Positions 9,436 through 19,286 of a stretch of DNA of 39,385 bases are shown here, one piece after another; position 1 is the stretch's first letter, and each line of letters starts with the position of its first letter. The position numbers and the translations under genes are program-made. Source of the DNA: Bacteroidota bacterium (GTDB lineage Bacteria; Bacteroidota; Bacteroidia; Chitinophagales; UBA8649); the NCBI GenBank assembly GCA_003447535.1, contig DLYY01000011.1, forward strand, positions 1-39,385, read 5' to 3'. Under the pieces are notes generated by a model. It was given only the letters and a program-made list of their open reading frames with translations, ran no database searches and was not told the origin of the DNA.

Positions 9436-10333
9436 CAAAAAACATACCCCTTCCGCGAATTTTCACGAGCTTCTTGCCGATTTAGAGCAAATTCGCAAGT
9501 ATGGTGACCGCCTTGTCTTGTACGGACAAAGCACGGGGCCGAACTGGCTGGGAATTAATATTGCTACAACATTGCTTTTCCCAAAAGATTCGTTAGAGAT
9601 TCCTCAAAATTTTTCTTCATGTATGCTTTCATCCAACCAACAAAAAGCATTGTTGAATAGAATTATTGTTCTTGACTTTGACACAGTAATTTTTAGTGGG
9701 TTTGCAGACTACGGTGTATCCTGGGTTCAACAACTTAAAGACCGCTCCAAAGTAGAAGTTGTCTATCACGGAACCTTTGCAGAATTGTACCACCCAAAAA
9801 ACCAACAGCGTTTTAGTGAGATTACAGAGCTTGCCAAAAAGGGTGATATTAAAAAGGTTGGCTTTATAAAGAAAGATATGGCCGAAACAATAGAAAGTAT
9901 TCTTGGTTTTGATTGCTACTGTCTTGATATGCCTAGGCCCGATATAAAGCCCCTAGAATCCAAAATTAAACTTGATCCAAACTTCATTCATATTGGTGTA
10001 TTTGGAGGAGACACTTTTAATAAAAACCTACACAATCAGGTGGCTCATGCCTTACTTATAAAAAAATCAATTGTTCATGTGGCAGATAAACGTCCATTTG
10101 GTTATTTAGGTCAAGACCGCCGCCTTGTTGAGCACGGAAAGAATTTACCTCGAGGTAAATTCTTGAAGGTATTGGGATCTATGGACTTAAATCTTTATTG
10201 CAGCTACTCCGAATCATGGGGGCTCGTAGTTGTAGAAAGTGAAGCTATGGGGGTTCCTTGTTTAGGGCCAATTGACTTCGATTATATAGGAGCTATTGAA
10301 AAAATTGTCAGAAGCCCAAAAGCTGGCCATTAA
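9416..10333 (+). CDS. Divergent GT-B-like protein (putative glycosyltransferase)
   Basis: Only the C-terminal YSESWGLVVVESEAMGVPCLG (EX7E-like) is recognisable; the N-terminal half has no motif I can place. 20-nt overlap with the upstream gene, so the start is uncertain. Confidence 0.5.
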   Translation: MLLKRLNKKHTPSANFHELLADLEQIRKYGDRLVLYGQSTGPNWLGINIATTLLFPKDSLEIPQNFSSCMLSSNQQKALLNRIIVLDFDTVIFSGFADYGVSWVQQLKDRSKVEVVYHGTFAELYHPKNQQRFSEITELAKKGDIKKVGFIKKDMAETIESILGFDCYCLDMPRPDIKPLESKIKLDPNFIHIGVFGGDTFNKNLHNQVAHALLIKKSIVHVADKRPFGYLGQDRRLVEHGKNLPRGKFLKVLGSMDLNLYCSYSESWGLVVVESEAMGVPCLGPIDFDYIGAIEKIVRSPKAGH

Positions 10334-10346
10334 CCACTTACCGACT

Positions 10347-11480
10347 ATGCGCATTATTCATGTTATACCCAGCCTAGCAATTGGTGGTGCAGAAAAATTG
10401 TGTGTTGACATATGCAATACACTCTCCGATCAGGGACACAATGTATTACTCGTTCGGTTGAGCCCAATACAAGAGTTTGATGAACAGCACTTTCGGTTTT
10501 CTACCGTAGTTATCGAAGAAAAAGCTACACTTCGGTTTATGCGTGGACTTACCAACGTCTCAGGGAAATGGAAAGCATTGCTCGAAGATTTTGATCCCGA
10601 TGTGATTCATAGTCACCTTTTTGAGGCAGAGGTTTTTTCAAAAAGCATACTTCTCCCAAAAACAGCATACTTCACACATTGCCATGATAATATGCGCCAA
10701 TTTAAACGAGGGATCAATGTGTTCCGACTGTTTAACAAAAAAGAGTTTGCGCGCCTTTATGAAAGATCCTTTCTGCTCAAATTATACAGGTTACTTGGAC
10801 AAAACCATTTTGTCTGTATTTCGGACAACACCTATATGTATTTCCAAGAAAACACACCAAAAGATCTAACAATTGTAAAGCTCCCCAATGCAATAATCGT
10901 AAAAGGTTTTGAGAAAAAAAAAGCCGAACTTGAGTGTCAAGAAAATTTAGGCATTGTTTCAGTTGGATCCTTAACCCCGTTAAAAAATCACGCATATCTG
11001 CTAAGGGTGGTTCAAGAAATAGACAAACAAAATATTAACGCAACTCTTGATCTTATTGGTGGTGGTCCGCTGTTTTCAGAGCTACAAAGCATGGTCCACG
11101 ATTTGTCTCTTGACAAGACCACTTTCCTCCATGGAAAACAGACCAACGTGTCTTCCTTTTATCAAAAGAATGCCTTATATATCCATAGCGCTAAATCCGA
11201 AGGGTTTGGGCTTACTCAAATCGAGGCCATGGCCGCAGGACTGCCCGTTATTGCCCTAGATGCTGGAGGAAATCGAGATATTGTACAGGATGGAATAAAT
11301 GGCTATCTCCTTCCGCAAGACACGAGCCCACAGGTTTTTGCTAAAAAAATACTTGCTGTTTGGCAAAACAAAGAGCTTCTTACCTCATTGCAACAAGGGG
11401 CTATAAATACTGCAGCAGAGTTTGATATAAAACCTTATTGCAAGAAACTTGTAAATCTTTATAAAAAGGCCTTGGGCTAG
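10347..11480 (+). CDS. Glycosyltransferase, GT4 family
   Basis: The ORF track starts at 10296. The ATG at 10347 gives MRIIHVIPSLAIGGAEKLCVDI, the typical GT4 N-terminus, and removes the overlap with the upstream gene. C-terminal SAKSEGFGLTQIEAMAAGLPVIALDAGGNRDIV. Confidence 0.85.
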   Translation: MRIIHVIPSLAIGGAEKLCVDICNTLSDQGHNVLLVRLSPIQEFDEQHFRFSTVVIEEKATLRFMRGLTNVSGKWKALLEDFDPDVIHSHLFEAEVFSKSILLPKTAYFTHCHDNMRQFKRGINVFRLFNKKEFARLYERSFLLKLYRLLGQNHFVCISDNTYMYFQENTPKDLTIVKLPNAIIVKGFEKKKAELECQENLGIVSVGSLTPLKNHAYLLRVVQEIDKQNINATLDLIGGGPLFSELQSMVHDLSLDKTTFLHGKQTNVSSFYQKNALYIHSAKSEGFGLTQIEAMAAGLPVIALDAGGNRDIVQDGINGYLLPQDTSPQVFAKKILAVWQNKELLTSLQQGAINTAAEFDIKPYCKKLVNLYKKALG

Positions 11481-11481
11481 C

Positions 11482-12681
11482 TTAAACGGTTAATGCCTTT
11501 ATAAAGGCTGTGTAATTCTTTTCAGCGTTAAACTGATTTTTCCAGGTTTTCTTGGCGTTTTCACCCATGGAGATCAGGCACTCTGCACCCAAATCCTCAA
11601 TGGACCTAGCAACGGATTTTAGGTCTAGATCAAACTCGTGTAAAAGTCCGTTATTGCCATTATTAATAATCTCCGAGACACCCCCTACATTAGTGCCCAC
11701 ACAAGGAATGCCATAGCTCATGGCCTCCATCATAGACACGGGTAAACCCTCTGATGTGCTCTGATTGATAAACAAGGCACGGTCGTGGTTTTTATTAAGC
11801 CAATCGCGGACCGTTTCATTGGGTTGGTGGCCGTGTAGGTGATAATTTTCTGCTCCCTGCATTTGTAACCAATGTCTTAACTCTCCTTCTAAAGGACCGT
11901 CTCCAAAATGATGCCATTGCCATTGGTTGTCGCTTTTTCTTAACTGTACAAAGATCTGTGCTATCCGCTGAACTCGCTTTAACTCAATGATAGAAGAAAC
12001 TGATACTAGCCTTTTGTTGCCTTGATTCTCTTGTATTTGGCTCACACCTAAGGTCTTTGGCGCGCGCGTTCCGAGATAAAACAGGTCAAGTTTGCTAAAA
12101 CCTTGGCCCCTCAGGGCGGTCATTCCATGATTAGAAATTGGGCAGACGGTGAGTTCTGAATTAGCTAAAAAGGACCTAAAGGGCAAGTAATTGTGTGGGT
12201 GACGAACTGGATAAACATCCCACCCATGGGCGCGGCTTATAGCCAGTCGCTTCTCTCTCTGGCCAAGATACACTGCGGCCATCGCACCCTCGTCAAGCCA
12301 ATAACTATAATATATGATCTCACCTGCGATGTCTTTCGTTGATGCTTTGATTTGTGTGAGCCGTTTATTTATGCTTTGCCACGATCGGTAGGCAACTTTT
12401 GACTTTCCCACATGTCCCTTTATCCGCAACCATTCTTTCCAAAGAAGGTTGCTAGCTGTTGTCGCCGAGACTGCACCATAAGGCCTTCCTAGGCTGCAAT
12501 TGGGGGGCATTGTTCTTGACGCGCCCGGAGTGTTTTTAGGCAAGACAACTATCTGATCAAACACTTCAGACAAAAGAGTAATCTCATTTTCTATAAACGT
12601 CTCTTGCTGACCAAATGGATACTCCGCTGTAATAAACACGAGACTACGTTGAGAAGCTAGGGAATTCTTTGTAGGGGACAT
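11482..12681 (-). CDS. Glycosyltransferase, GT4 family (single gene in inverted orientation)
   Basis: QSTSEGLPVSMMEAMSYGIPCVGTNVGGVSEII. 399 aa. Its stop lies 1 nt from the stop of the convergent + strand GT. Confidence 0.85.
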   Translation of the reverse strand: MSPTKNSLASQRSLVFITAEYPFGQQETFIENEITLLSEVFDQIVVLPKNTPGASRTMPPNCSLGRPYGAVSATTASNLLWKEWLRIKGHVGKSKVAYRSWQSINKRLTQIKASTKDIAGEIIYYSYWLDEGAMAAVYLGQREKRLAISRAHGWDVYPVRHPHNYLPFRSFLANSELTVCPISNHGMTALRGQGFSKLDLFYLGTRAPKTLGVSQIQENQGNKRLVSVSSIIELKRVQRIAQIFVQLRKSDNQWQWHHFGDGPLEGELRHWLQMQGAENYHLHGHQPNETVRDWLNKNHDRALFINQSTSEGLPVSMMEAMSYGIPCVGTNVGGVSEIINNGNNGLLHEFDLDLKSVARSIEDLGAECLISMGENAKKTWKNQFNAEKNYTAFIKALTV

Positions 12682-12721
12682 GACTACCTTTAAATTAAGT
12701 ACAATTCCCTAGTAGACCCCT

Positions 12722-14023
12722 ATGGCCGAGTATCGAATTTTAATTCTTGCATATGATTTTCCTCCTAACCTATCTATTGGTGGTCAGCGGCCTTGGTATT
12801 GGGCTAAGTATTTAAACGAACACGGTGTTTACCCAATCATCGTAACAAGGCACTGGGAATCTTCTCTTCGCTCTGCTGCCGATTGCGTCAAGCCAAGCGC
12901 AAGTCAAGCTGTTCAAGACCTCCGTCAAGATACTCATCGAATTATTCGGATACCTTTTAATCCGGGCCTTCGCGATCGAATTTTTTTAAAATATGGGGAT
13001 TCAAAAAGAAGGTGGATTCGCAAAGTGCTTTCTTTTGTAATGACTATAGGTGAAAACCTATTTCCTAGAATTGGTGATAAATACTTCTTGTATAGGGAGG
13101 TTAAGCAACGCATTGCCTCCCTTCATGTGGATGCAATTATGGCAACCGGAGAGCCCTTTGTCTTACACTCTTTTGCTTCTCGTCTTGGCAAACAGTTCAA
13201 CTTGCCTGTTATCTTAGATTATCGAGATGGTTGGACAACTAATCAAGAGAACAAATCGCTGTCCTTTGCCGAACAACTCATACACCTGTCTCACCGCTTT
13301 AGTGAACGAAAAAACCTTACTAGCGCATCTCTGGTTACTGCAGCATCACCATCTTATCTAAAAAACATCTCTACTGAACTAATGCAAAGAGAGCGATCCG
13401 CTGTAATCTATAACGGATACGATGAAGAAGTGGCCAATCACTTAAAGCCTTCAGGTGTAAACGGCACCTTTACCATTGCCTATGCGGGTAGGCTGTATGA
13501 CTATCAGCGCTTAGAAAGTTTTCTCGAAGGACTAAGAATATTTTTAACTCACCATGCAAGCGCAAAAATTAAGGTGGTTTTTTATGGTATGTCCTTTTAC
13601 CCTGAGATGGTCAAGCGAGTAAAACGTTTTCACCAATCATTAGAAGATCACCTCGTGTTCACCGAAAGAATAACTTATTCTGGGTTAATGCAAAATCTCC
13701 ACAGCGCAGATGCTCTATTACTTTTATCTGCACCAGGTGCGGATTGGCTAAGCGCCAAAACCTTTGATTATCTCCCCCATAAAAAGCCAATACTTCTTGT
13801 CGAGGGAGATCAAGGTGTTCTTGAAAGGATTTTAGAAGAAACCTCGCTCGGCTTCATTTGTAATAACGCCAATGATGTTAGCTCCTACATTAAAGAACTA
13901 TATGAAGCTTGGGTAAATACCGGTAAAACTGAGATAGAAGACGCTTCTTCTTCTCATGCCTATACCCGTCAAGCAAGCACTAAACAGCTTGCCGATTACC
14001 TCCTCAATATAAACTGCGTCTAA
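12722..14023 (+). CDS. GT-B fold glycosyltransferase (GT4-like)
   Basis: YRILILAYDFPPNLSIGGQRPWYWAKYLNEHG at the N-terminus. The C-terminal ...DWLSAKTFDYLPHKKPILLV resembles the GT-B donor-binding half. Confidence 0.6.
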   Translation: MAEYRILILAYDFPPNLSIGGQRPWYWAKYLNEHGVYPIIVTRHWESSLRSAADCVKPSASQAVQDLRQDTHRIIRIPFNPGLRDRIFLKYGDSKRRWIRKVLSFVMTIGENLFPRIGDKYFLYREVKQRIASLHVDAIMATGEPFVLHSFASRLGKQFNLPVILDYRDGWTTNQENKSLSFAEQLIHLSHRFSERKNLTSASLVTAASPSYLKNISTELMQRERSAVIYNGYDEEVANHLKPSGVNGTFTIAYAGRLYDYQRLESFLEGLRIFLTHHASAKIKVVFYGMSFYPEMVKRVKRFHQSLEDHLVFTERITYSGLMQNLHSADALLLLSAPGADWLSAKTFDYLPHKKPILLVEGDQGVLERILEETSLGFICNNANDVSSYIKELYEAWVNTGKTEIEDASSSHAYTRQASTKQLADYLLNINCV

Positions 14024-15858
14024 TGTGTGGGGTTGTTGGATTCGTTTCGTTTCGCGATGGGAATAATACGCCGGCACCCAACTTGCTCAAGGGGGTTCTA
14101 AAACACCGAGGGCCTGATCGTTTTGCACACATCCAACTCGGCCCGTGCACATTTTGGCATTTCAGGTTAAGTGTTATCGATCCCACAGATGGTGGCAACC
14201 AACCCCTATCCACACCCTGTGGGCGCTACACCTTAATTTTTAATGGAGAAGTCTACAATTACAAAGCACTTAAAAAACAATTTAACCTTCCCTGTATAGG
14301 TAAATCTGACAGTGAAGTTGTTCTCCTTTTGTTTAATGCAATGGGTGTGGAATCTTTAGCCCTTCTTGAGGGAATGTTTTCCTTGGCAATATGGGACACG
14401 CAGGACAAAGAGCTTACCCTGGCCAGAGACCGAATTGGAATAAAGCCTCTATATTACTCTAAAGTCACTGGCTTAGGTTTTTCATTTGCTTCTGAGTTGA
14501 GAGGGCTTCAGGCATTAGGCCCAACTCGCCCATCCAATAAACACCTTGCAGACTATTTTAACCTTGGCTTTGTTCCAGGACAGAACACCTTGTTTGAAGG
14601 AATTCATCAAGTTAGGCCGGGGTGTTATATCCAACTTAAGGATGGCAAGGTCAATCATCAGGAATTCTACTCGTTGTTTGACCGCGTAAAAGAAAGGCCT
14701 TCTATTCCAACATCTTACGATGGTGCCAAAAAAATATTACGTGAACTAATCTATAAAAGCGTTGAAGATCGGTTGGTTTCCGATGTACCCCTGGGTTGTT
14801 TTTTAAGCGGGGGGGTCGATTCAAGCCTAGTGGTTGCTGTGGCTCAGAATATCCTTGGAAGCAAGCTACAAACGTTTTCGATTGGGTTTAAAGAGGCTGC
14901 GTTCAACGAAGCATATTATGCCGAAAAAATAGCTCACCATCTAGGCTGCGAACACCGAGAAAAGGTCTTTGAGCAAAAGGACTTACTCGACATTTTTTCC
15001 AACTACCTCTCTATGACCGGGCAACCTTTTGGTGATACATCCTTACTACCAACATCCCTTGTTTCCCAGTTTGCCAGAGAGCATGTAACCGTTGCACTAT
15101 CAGGGGATGGGGGAGACGAAGGCTTCTTGGGATATGGTATGTATACCTGGGCAAAAAGACTTGATAATATTCTTTTTCGAAATGCCGGGCGCCTTGCTAA
15201 CCCGCTTGTCAAAAGCCTTGGGAACTCACGATACAAAAGGGCCTTCGGGCTTTTTGAAGACCACAAAAAGGAGAATAGGCAACGTCATATTTTCTCTCAA
15301 GAGCAATATTTATTTAGCCAAAAAGAAATAAGAAGCCTACAAATAGAAAAGTGTAGCTTTTCTTCTCAACCCCCTATTCCGTCGTGGATGAATGCTCAAG
15401 AAAAGCAGGCGTTTTTTGACTATCGCTGGTATCTCCCGGATGATCTTCTTGTTAAGGTAGATCGTGCCTCCATGGCCCAAAGTCTGGAGGTAAGGGTTCC
15501 TCTATTAGATCACCGCATAGTTGAATTTGCCCTTGGGCTGCCGGTACATTGGAAAAAAAGAAACTCAGTAACTAAATATATTTTAAAAGACATCCTTTTT
15601 GACCTAGTGCCAAAAGAATACTTTAATCGGCCCAAGCAGGGGTTTAGTGTGCCTCTTGCTCAATACCTAAAAGGCCCCCTAAGGCCATGGGTCGAGAAAC
15701 ACTTAATGCGTGGGGTTATAGAAAGACATGGCTGGGTTGACGCCAGTGTCGTTGAACAATATAAAACGCGTTTCTTTACAAGGGGAGACAACTACCTATA
15801 CCACCGGATCTTCCTTTTATCCATGCTTCATCAATGGTTGGAAAAGCAAGGTGATTAA
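14023..15858 (+). CDS. Asparagine synthase family glutamine amidotransferase, paralogue 2
   Basis: Starts MCGVVG (Cys2). Contains HRGPD, FNGEVYNY, PP-loop FLSGGVDSS and SLEVRVPLLDH. 611 aa. TAATG junction with the upstream GT. Confidence 0.9.
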   Translation: MCGVVGFVSFRDGNNTPAPNLLKGVLKHRGPDRFAHIQLGPCTFWHFRLSVIDPTDGGNQPLSTPCGRYTLIFNGEVYNYKALKKQFNLPCIGKSDSEVVLLLFNAMGVESLALLEGMFSLAIWDTQDKELTLARDRIGIKPLYYSKVTGLGFSFASELRGLQALGPTRPSNKHLADYFNLGFVPGQNTLFEGIHQVRPGCYIQLKDGKVNHQEFYSLFDRVKERPSIPTSYDGAKKILRELIYKSVEDRLVSDVPLGCFLSGGVDSSLVVAVAQNILGSKLQTFSIGFKEAAFNEAYYAEKIAHHLGCEHREKVFEQKDLLDIFSNYLSMTGQPFGDTSLLPTSLVSQFAREHVTVALSGDGGDEGFLGYGMYTWAKRLDNILFRNAGRLANPLVKSLGNSRYKRAFGLFEDHKKENRQRHIFSQEQYLFSQKEIRSLQIEKCSFSSQPPIPSWMNAQEKQAFFDYRWYLPDDLLVKVDRASMAQSLEVRVPLLDHRIVEFALGLPVHWKKRNSVTKYILKDILFDLVPKEYFNRPKQGFSVPLAQYLKGPLRPWVEKHLMRGVIERHGWVDASVVEQYKTRFFTRGDNYLYHRIFLLSMLHQWLEKQGD

Positions 15859-15864
15859 TATTCC

Positions 15865-17100
15865 ATGGCACGCATTCTATACATAACATTTGATGGTATA
15901 ACAGATCCCCTCGGGAGGTCTCAAATACTGCCCTATCTCACAGGGCTGAGCAGAAAAGGACACAGCATTCACATCTTATCGCAAGAAAAAGAGGGTCAAC
16001 ATGAGCGCGAAGGGGCGGCGGTTCTTGAAAAACTTAAAAACCACAGCATAGCCTGGGACCACATAGAATACAAAAACAAACCACCCCTTATACAGCCCCT
16101 TATACAGCGCCATACGATCAAAAAGAAGGCTGTAAAGATTGTGGCAGCTAAGGCTATAGATCTTATTCACTGCAGAAGCTATATGGCTGGATGGGTTGGC
16201 TTACAGATTAAGAAAAAATCCGGCACTCCCTTTGTCTTCGACATGCGAGGGTTTTGGGCGGATGAAAGAAAGGAGGGCGGATTATGGCCCTACAACAACC
16301 CTATATACCGAATCATATACCACTCGGTCAAGCGACTAGAAAGAAAACTGCTTTTTCATGCCAATCATATCGTGTCACTAACCCATAAAGGCAAGGAAAT
16401 TATTGCTGGGTGGAACCACATTAGAGACTTTAGCGACTTCATATCCGTTATTCCCTGCTGCGCGGACCTAGAGCACTTTAACCCATTGCGCTATTCTACA
16501 AATGATAGAGCGGCTTTACGAACATCATATAGTCTAACCAACGAAGATGTTGTTATCGGATATCTAGGGTCCATTGGGACATGGTATATGCTAGATGAAA
16601 TGTTAGATGCTTTTGCCTTTTGGCACAAACACATTCCTAATTTGAAGCTATTCTTTTTGTCCAAAATCTCGCTGGACGAGTTGAGTCCTAAACTTTTATC
16701 AAGATGCATACCCAATGACTCGGTAAGGGTTTATTCGACCAGCTATGACCGGGTTCCCGAGCATCTTACCCTATTCGATGTGGGGTTGTTCTTTATTCTT
16801 CCTGTGTTTTCTAAATCGGCATCGTCGCCTGTTAAGCAAGGCGAAATGCTTGCTATGGGACTACCCGTGCTGTGTAATCGTGGAGTAGGTGATACCGACC
16901 AGGTCATTGAAGAAATCGATGAATCACTTCTTGTCGACGATTGTAATGAGGTGTACTATGAAAAAGTGCTCCGCGTACTAAAGGATAAAAAATATCGAGA
17001 GTCTTTAGTACCGATGTGCAAGGCGACCGCAAACCGATGGTTCGATGTTAACCACGGAATAGAAACATACCATTCCATTTACACAAAAATCACGCGCTGA
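15865..17100 (+). CDS. Glycosyltransferase, GT4-like
   Basis: ARILYITFDGITDPLGRSQILPYL at the N-terminus (GT4 subgroup found in EPS loci). VKQGEMLAMGLPVLCNRGVGDT in the C-terminal half. Confidence 0.7.
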   Translation: MARILYITFDGITDPLGRSQILPYLTGLSRKGHSIHILSQEKEGQHEREGAAVLEKLKNHSIAWDHIEYKNKPPLIQPLIQRHTIKKKAVKIVAAKAIDLIHCRSYMAGWVGLQIKKKSGTPFVFDMRGFWADERKEGGLWPYNNPIYRIIYHSVKRLERKLLFHANHIVSLTHKGKEIIAGWNHIRDFSDFISVIPCCADLEHFNPLRYSTNDRAALRTSYSLTNEDVVIGYLGSIGTWYMLDEMLDAFAFWHKHIPNLKLFFLSKISLDELSPKLLSRCIPNDSVRVYSTSYDRVPEHLTLFDVGLFFILPVFSKSASSPVKQGEMLAMGLPVLCNRGVGDTDQVIEEIDESLLVDDCNEVYYEKVLRVLKDKKYRESLVPMCKATANRWFDVNHGIETYHSIYTKITR

Positions 17101-18088
17101 ACGGATGTTTTTTCTGTTGACTGCTTAATAGAGGGTGTGCTTCTTCGGGGTCTTTAGGTAGACTGGGTGTAACGCCTCGCATTTTGGTAAGAATTTCTAT
17201 GGCGGGTTGTGCATCAGCCAAAGAGCAGCCCTTATTGTTTAATATGTCTTTGTACACTTCTGTGTGAAGGTCCATAAAGCCATCACTAAAAGTAACCTCT
17301 TGATTGTCTATCCTAAGACTTCTGTAGCTTCCCGTAGCTGTTTTGCTCTGACCCTTTGGAACTATATCACCATCAATAGATAAAAAATAACGCACCCTTG
17401 CGTCCTTAAATAGAATGTGCCCTGCTTCTCTGTCGTGGCTTCGTGCATGGACTTTAAAATCTAGTGCGGGACCCAAGGCCCACAACAGCATATCAAAAAA
17501 ATGAATACCTATATTGGTTGCTAACCCACCAGACTTTTCTTGAATACCTTTCCAAGAAGCATAGTACCAATTTCCCCGTGGAGCTATATAGGTTAAATCA
17601 ATTACTGCAGGTGATGGGGGTTGGGAAGCACTTGCGAACGCGCTTTTCCAAGCGATCACTGAGGGGTGTTTGCGAAGTTGTAAAATCGGATGAACCCTTT
17701 TTCCCGACTTAGATTGAAGCTGTAGCAGGCCCTCTAGGTTTCTTGAGTCTACCACAATAGGTTTTTCGCAAATTACCTCCATGTCTTGGCGTATACCAAA
17801 GCGTATATGGGCATCATGAAGGTGGTTTGGACTACAAACCACAAGATGCGTAACTGGCAAACCTAGCTGTCTTTGTTTGTCTAAAAAACGGTCAAATCGC
17901 TCGAATGAAGTAAAAAAGTGCGCGGCTGGGGCGTACTGATCAAGGATACCTATGCTATCATTAACATCATATACTGCAACCAACTCATGACCCAAATCGT
18001 GTATAGCCTTATAGTGACGTGGTGCAACATATCCTGCACCACCAATAAGAGCAAACCGCTTGGGAATATGTAGCTTTTTTTCTTCCAT
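17090..18088 (-). CDS. Gfo/Idh/MocA family NAD-dependent sugar-nucleotide oxidoreductase (WbpB/WlbA-like)
   Basis: The ATG at 18088 (MEEKKLHIPKRFALIGGAGYVAPRHYKAI, Rossmann GxGxxA) forms an ATGA overlap with the upstream acetyltransferase stop. The longer track ORF (to 18145) would overlap by 58 nt. The EKP motif (VICEKPIV) is present. Confidence 0.8.
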   Translation of the reverse strand: MEEKKLHIPKRFALIGGAGYVAPRHYKAIHDLGHELVAVYDVNDSIGILDQYAPAAHFFTSFERFDRFLDKQRQLGLPVTHLVVCSPNHLHDAHIRFGIRQDMEVICEKPIVVDSRNLEGLLQLQSKSGKRVHPILQLRKHPSVIAWKSAFASASQPPSPAVIDLTYIAPRGNWYYASWKGIQEKSGGLATNIGIHFFDMLLWALGPALDFKVHARSHDREAGHILFKDARVRYFLSIDGDIVPKGQSKTATGSYRSLRIDNQEVTFSDGFMDLHTEVYKDILNNKGCSLADAQPAIEILTKMRGVTPSLPKDPEEAHPLLSSQQKKHPFSA

Positions 18089-18672
18089 CACACAATTATT
18101 ACGCCTTTTAGGGTAAGCCGATACAACTCTCCGCTTTCTGGGCAATTAGCCTCATCTCCTGATTTACTTAGCGATAATCTATGTCCTGACTTGCTTACCC
18201 AACCCTTGTGTCTTGCAGGGTTACCGTAAACCAACTCATAAGGCTTAATGTCTTTTGTTACCACAGATCCTGCACCGACAAAACTATGAGATCCTATTTC
18301 TATTCCGCACACAATGGTTGCGTTGGCGCCGACGGTAGCCCCCTTTCTAACTATTGTTTTTTTATACTGGTCTTTTCGCACGATATGAGCCCTTGGATTC
18401 ACTACATTGGTAAACACCATAGACGGTCCTAAAAAGACATCATCCTCACAAATCACGCCTTCATAAATTGAGACATTATTTTGAACTTTAACATTGTTTC
18501 CTAGAACACATTTTGAGGCTATAAAACACCCCTGGCCGATGGTACATGACAATCCGATTTTCACATCCCTCATAATGTGGGAAAAATGCCAAACCTTCGA
18601 ACCCTGGCCGATTTGTGTCGGATAATCAATTACCACAGATTCGTGTACAAATACTTTTGTTTTATCTATCAT
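18088..18672 (-). CDS. Left-handed beta-helix (hexapeptide repeat) N-acetyltransferase (WbpD/WlbB-like)
   Basis: Repeated [LIV]-G-x4 hexapeptides (IGQGSKV, IGLSCTIGQGCFI, LGNNVKVQNNVSI, VGANATIVCG, VGAGSVV) and C-terminal YGNPAR. Size (194 aa) and pairing with a Gfo/Idh/MocA gene match the 3-amino-sugar N-acetyltransferase pattern. Confidence 0.8.
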   Translation of the reverse strand: MIDKTKVFVHESVVIDYPTQIGQGSKVWHFSHIMRDVKIGLSCTIGQGCFIASKCVLGNNVKVQNNVSIYEGVICEDDVFLGPSMVFTNVVNPRAHIVRKDQYKKTIVRKGATVGANATIVCGIEIGSHSFVGAGSVVTKDIKPYELVYGNPARHKGWVSKSGHRLSLSKSGDEANCPESGELYRLTLKGVIIV

Positions 18673-18688
18673 AACTTGGTGCTAACCA

Positions 18689-19255
18689 TTAAATGGGTTT
18701 TGGTGTAAAATATGGCCTAAAAAAAGAGATTACAACCAAAAAAAGTGCCCCATATATCATAAGAATATACGTGTAGGAGTGACTAAAGTAAAAGAATTGT
18801 TCCCACTGGGCATACAGCATAAAGCCCAAGGTGGTTATCCGAAACCAATTTAGGAAAACGATTGTGGCCATGGCAACCGCCCAGTATTTCAATCTTCTTG
18901 GTAGCGGAAGGGGGTTCCACAAAAAAACCATAGTCATGATGGCCATTGGGGCAACACCAACACAGTGAAATGCCACAAACATTGGTGGAGATGCGGGAAG
19001 GAAAATATTTTGAGAGTTTACAAGAACCGGAGCTTGTATAAAAAACTCCAAGACGGGCTGGGCTAACGATATATAAAACGTTGAAAAAAAAATGTGGAAA
19101 TCATCCCAGTGGGGGCGAAGTAACCCCGACTTTTCCATAATCTCCCGAAATGAAAACCAAACAAGATATATAACAAGTATTCGAACGAAAAATGCAATGT
19201 ATCTTGAGGATTCATCTTGATGTCCTTTAAGGGAAAAAAATTCTTTGAAGTTCAT
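18689..19255 (-). CDS. Exosortase/archaeosortase family integral membrane protein (XrtF-like)
   Basis: Polytopic membrane protein carrying the three ordered exosortase signatures: FHCVGV (Cys, codon 18962-18964), FLNWFRIT (NxxRI Arg, codon 18839-18841) and FSHSYTYILMIYG (His, codon 18779-18781). The track ORF extends to 19312. I prefer the ATG at 19255 (MNFKEFF...) because it removes the overlap with the divergent gene. Confidence 0.6.
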   Translation of the reverse strand: MNFKEFFSLKGHQDESSRYIAFFVRILVIYLVWFSFREIMEKSGLLRPHWDDFHIFFSTFYISLAQPVLEFFIQAPVLVNSQNIFLPASPPMFVAFHCVGVAPMAIMTMVFLWNPLPLPRRLKYWAVAMATIVFLNWFRITTLGFMLYAQWEQFFYFSHSYTYILMIYGALFLVVISFFRPYFTPKPI

Positions 19256-19286
19256 GTCAACTATGAAGCAAAGCAACAAAAAAGTA

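Noticed and set aside
10296-10346. Upstream extension of the GT4 ORF (MKKLSEAQKLAINHLPT…) overlapping the previous gene by 38 nt
   Set aside because: The ATG at 10347 yields the canonical GT4 N-terminus (MRIIHVIPSLAIGGAEK). The extension has no GT-like sequence and would create a long overlap.
11495-11508. Perfect palindrome GCCTTTATAAAGGC at the convergent GT/GT junction, considered as a bidirectional intrinsic terminator
   Set aside because: The stem would be only 5 bp with an AT-rich centre and no flanking U-tract, and it lies inside the minus-strand coding sequence (…AFIKALTV*). It is mentioned under the strand-mosaic finding but not called as a terminator.
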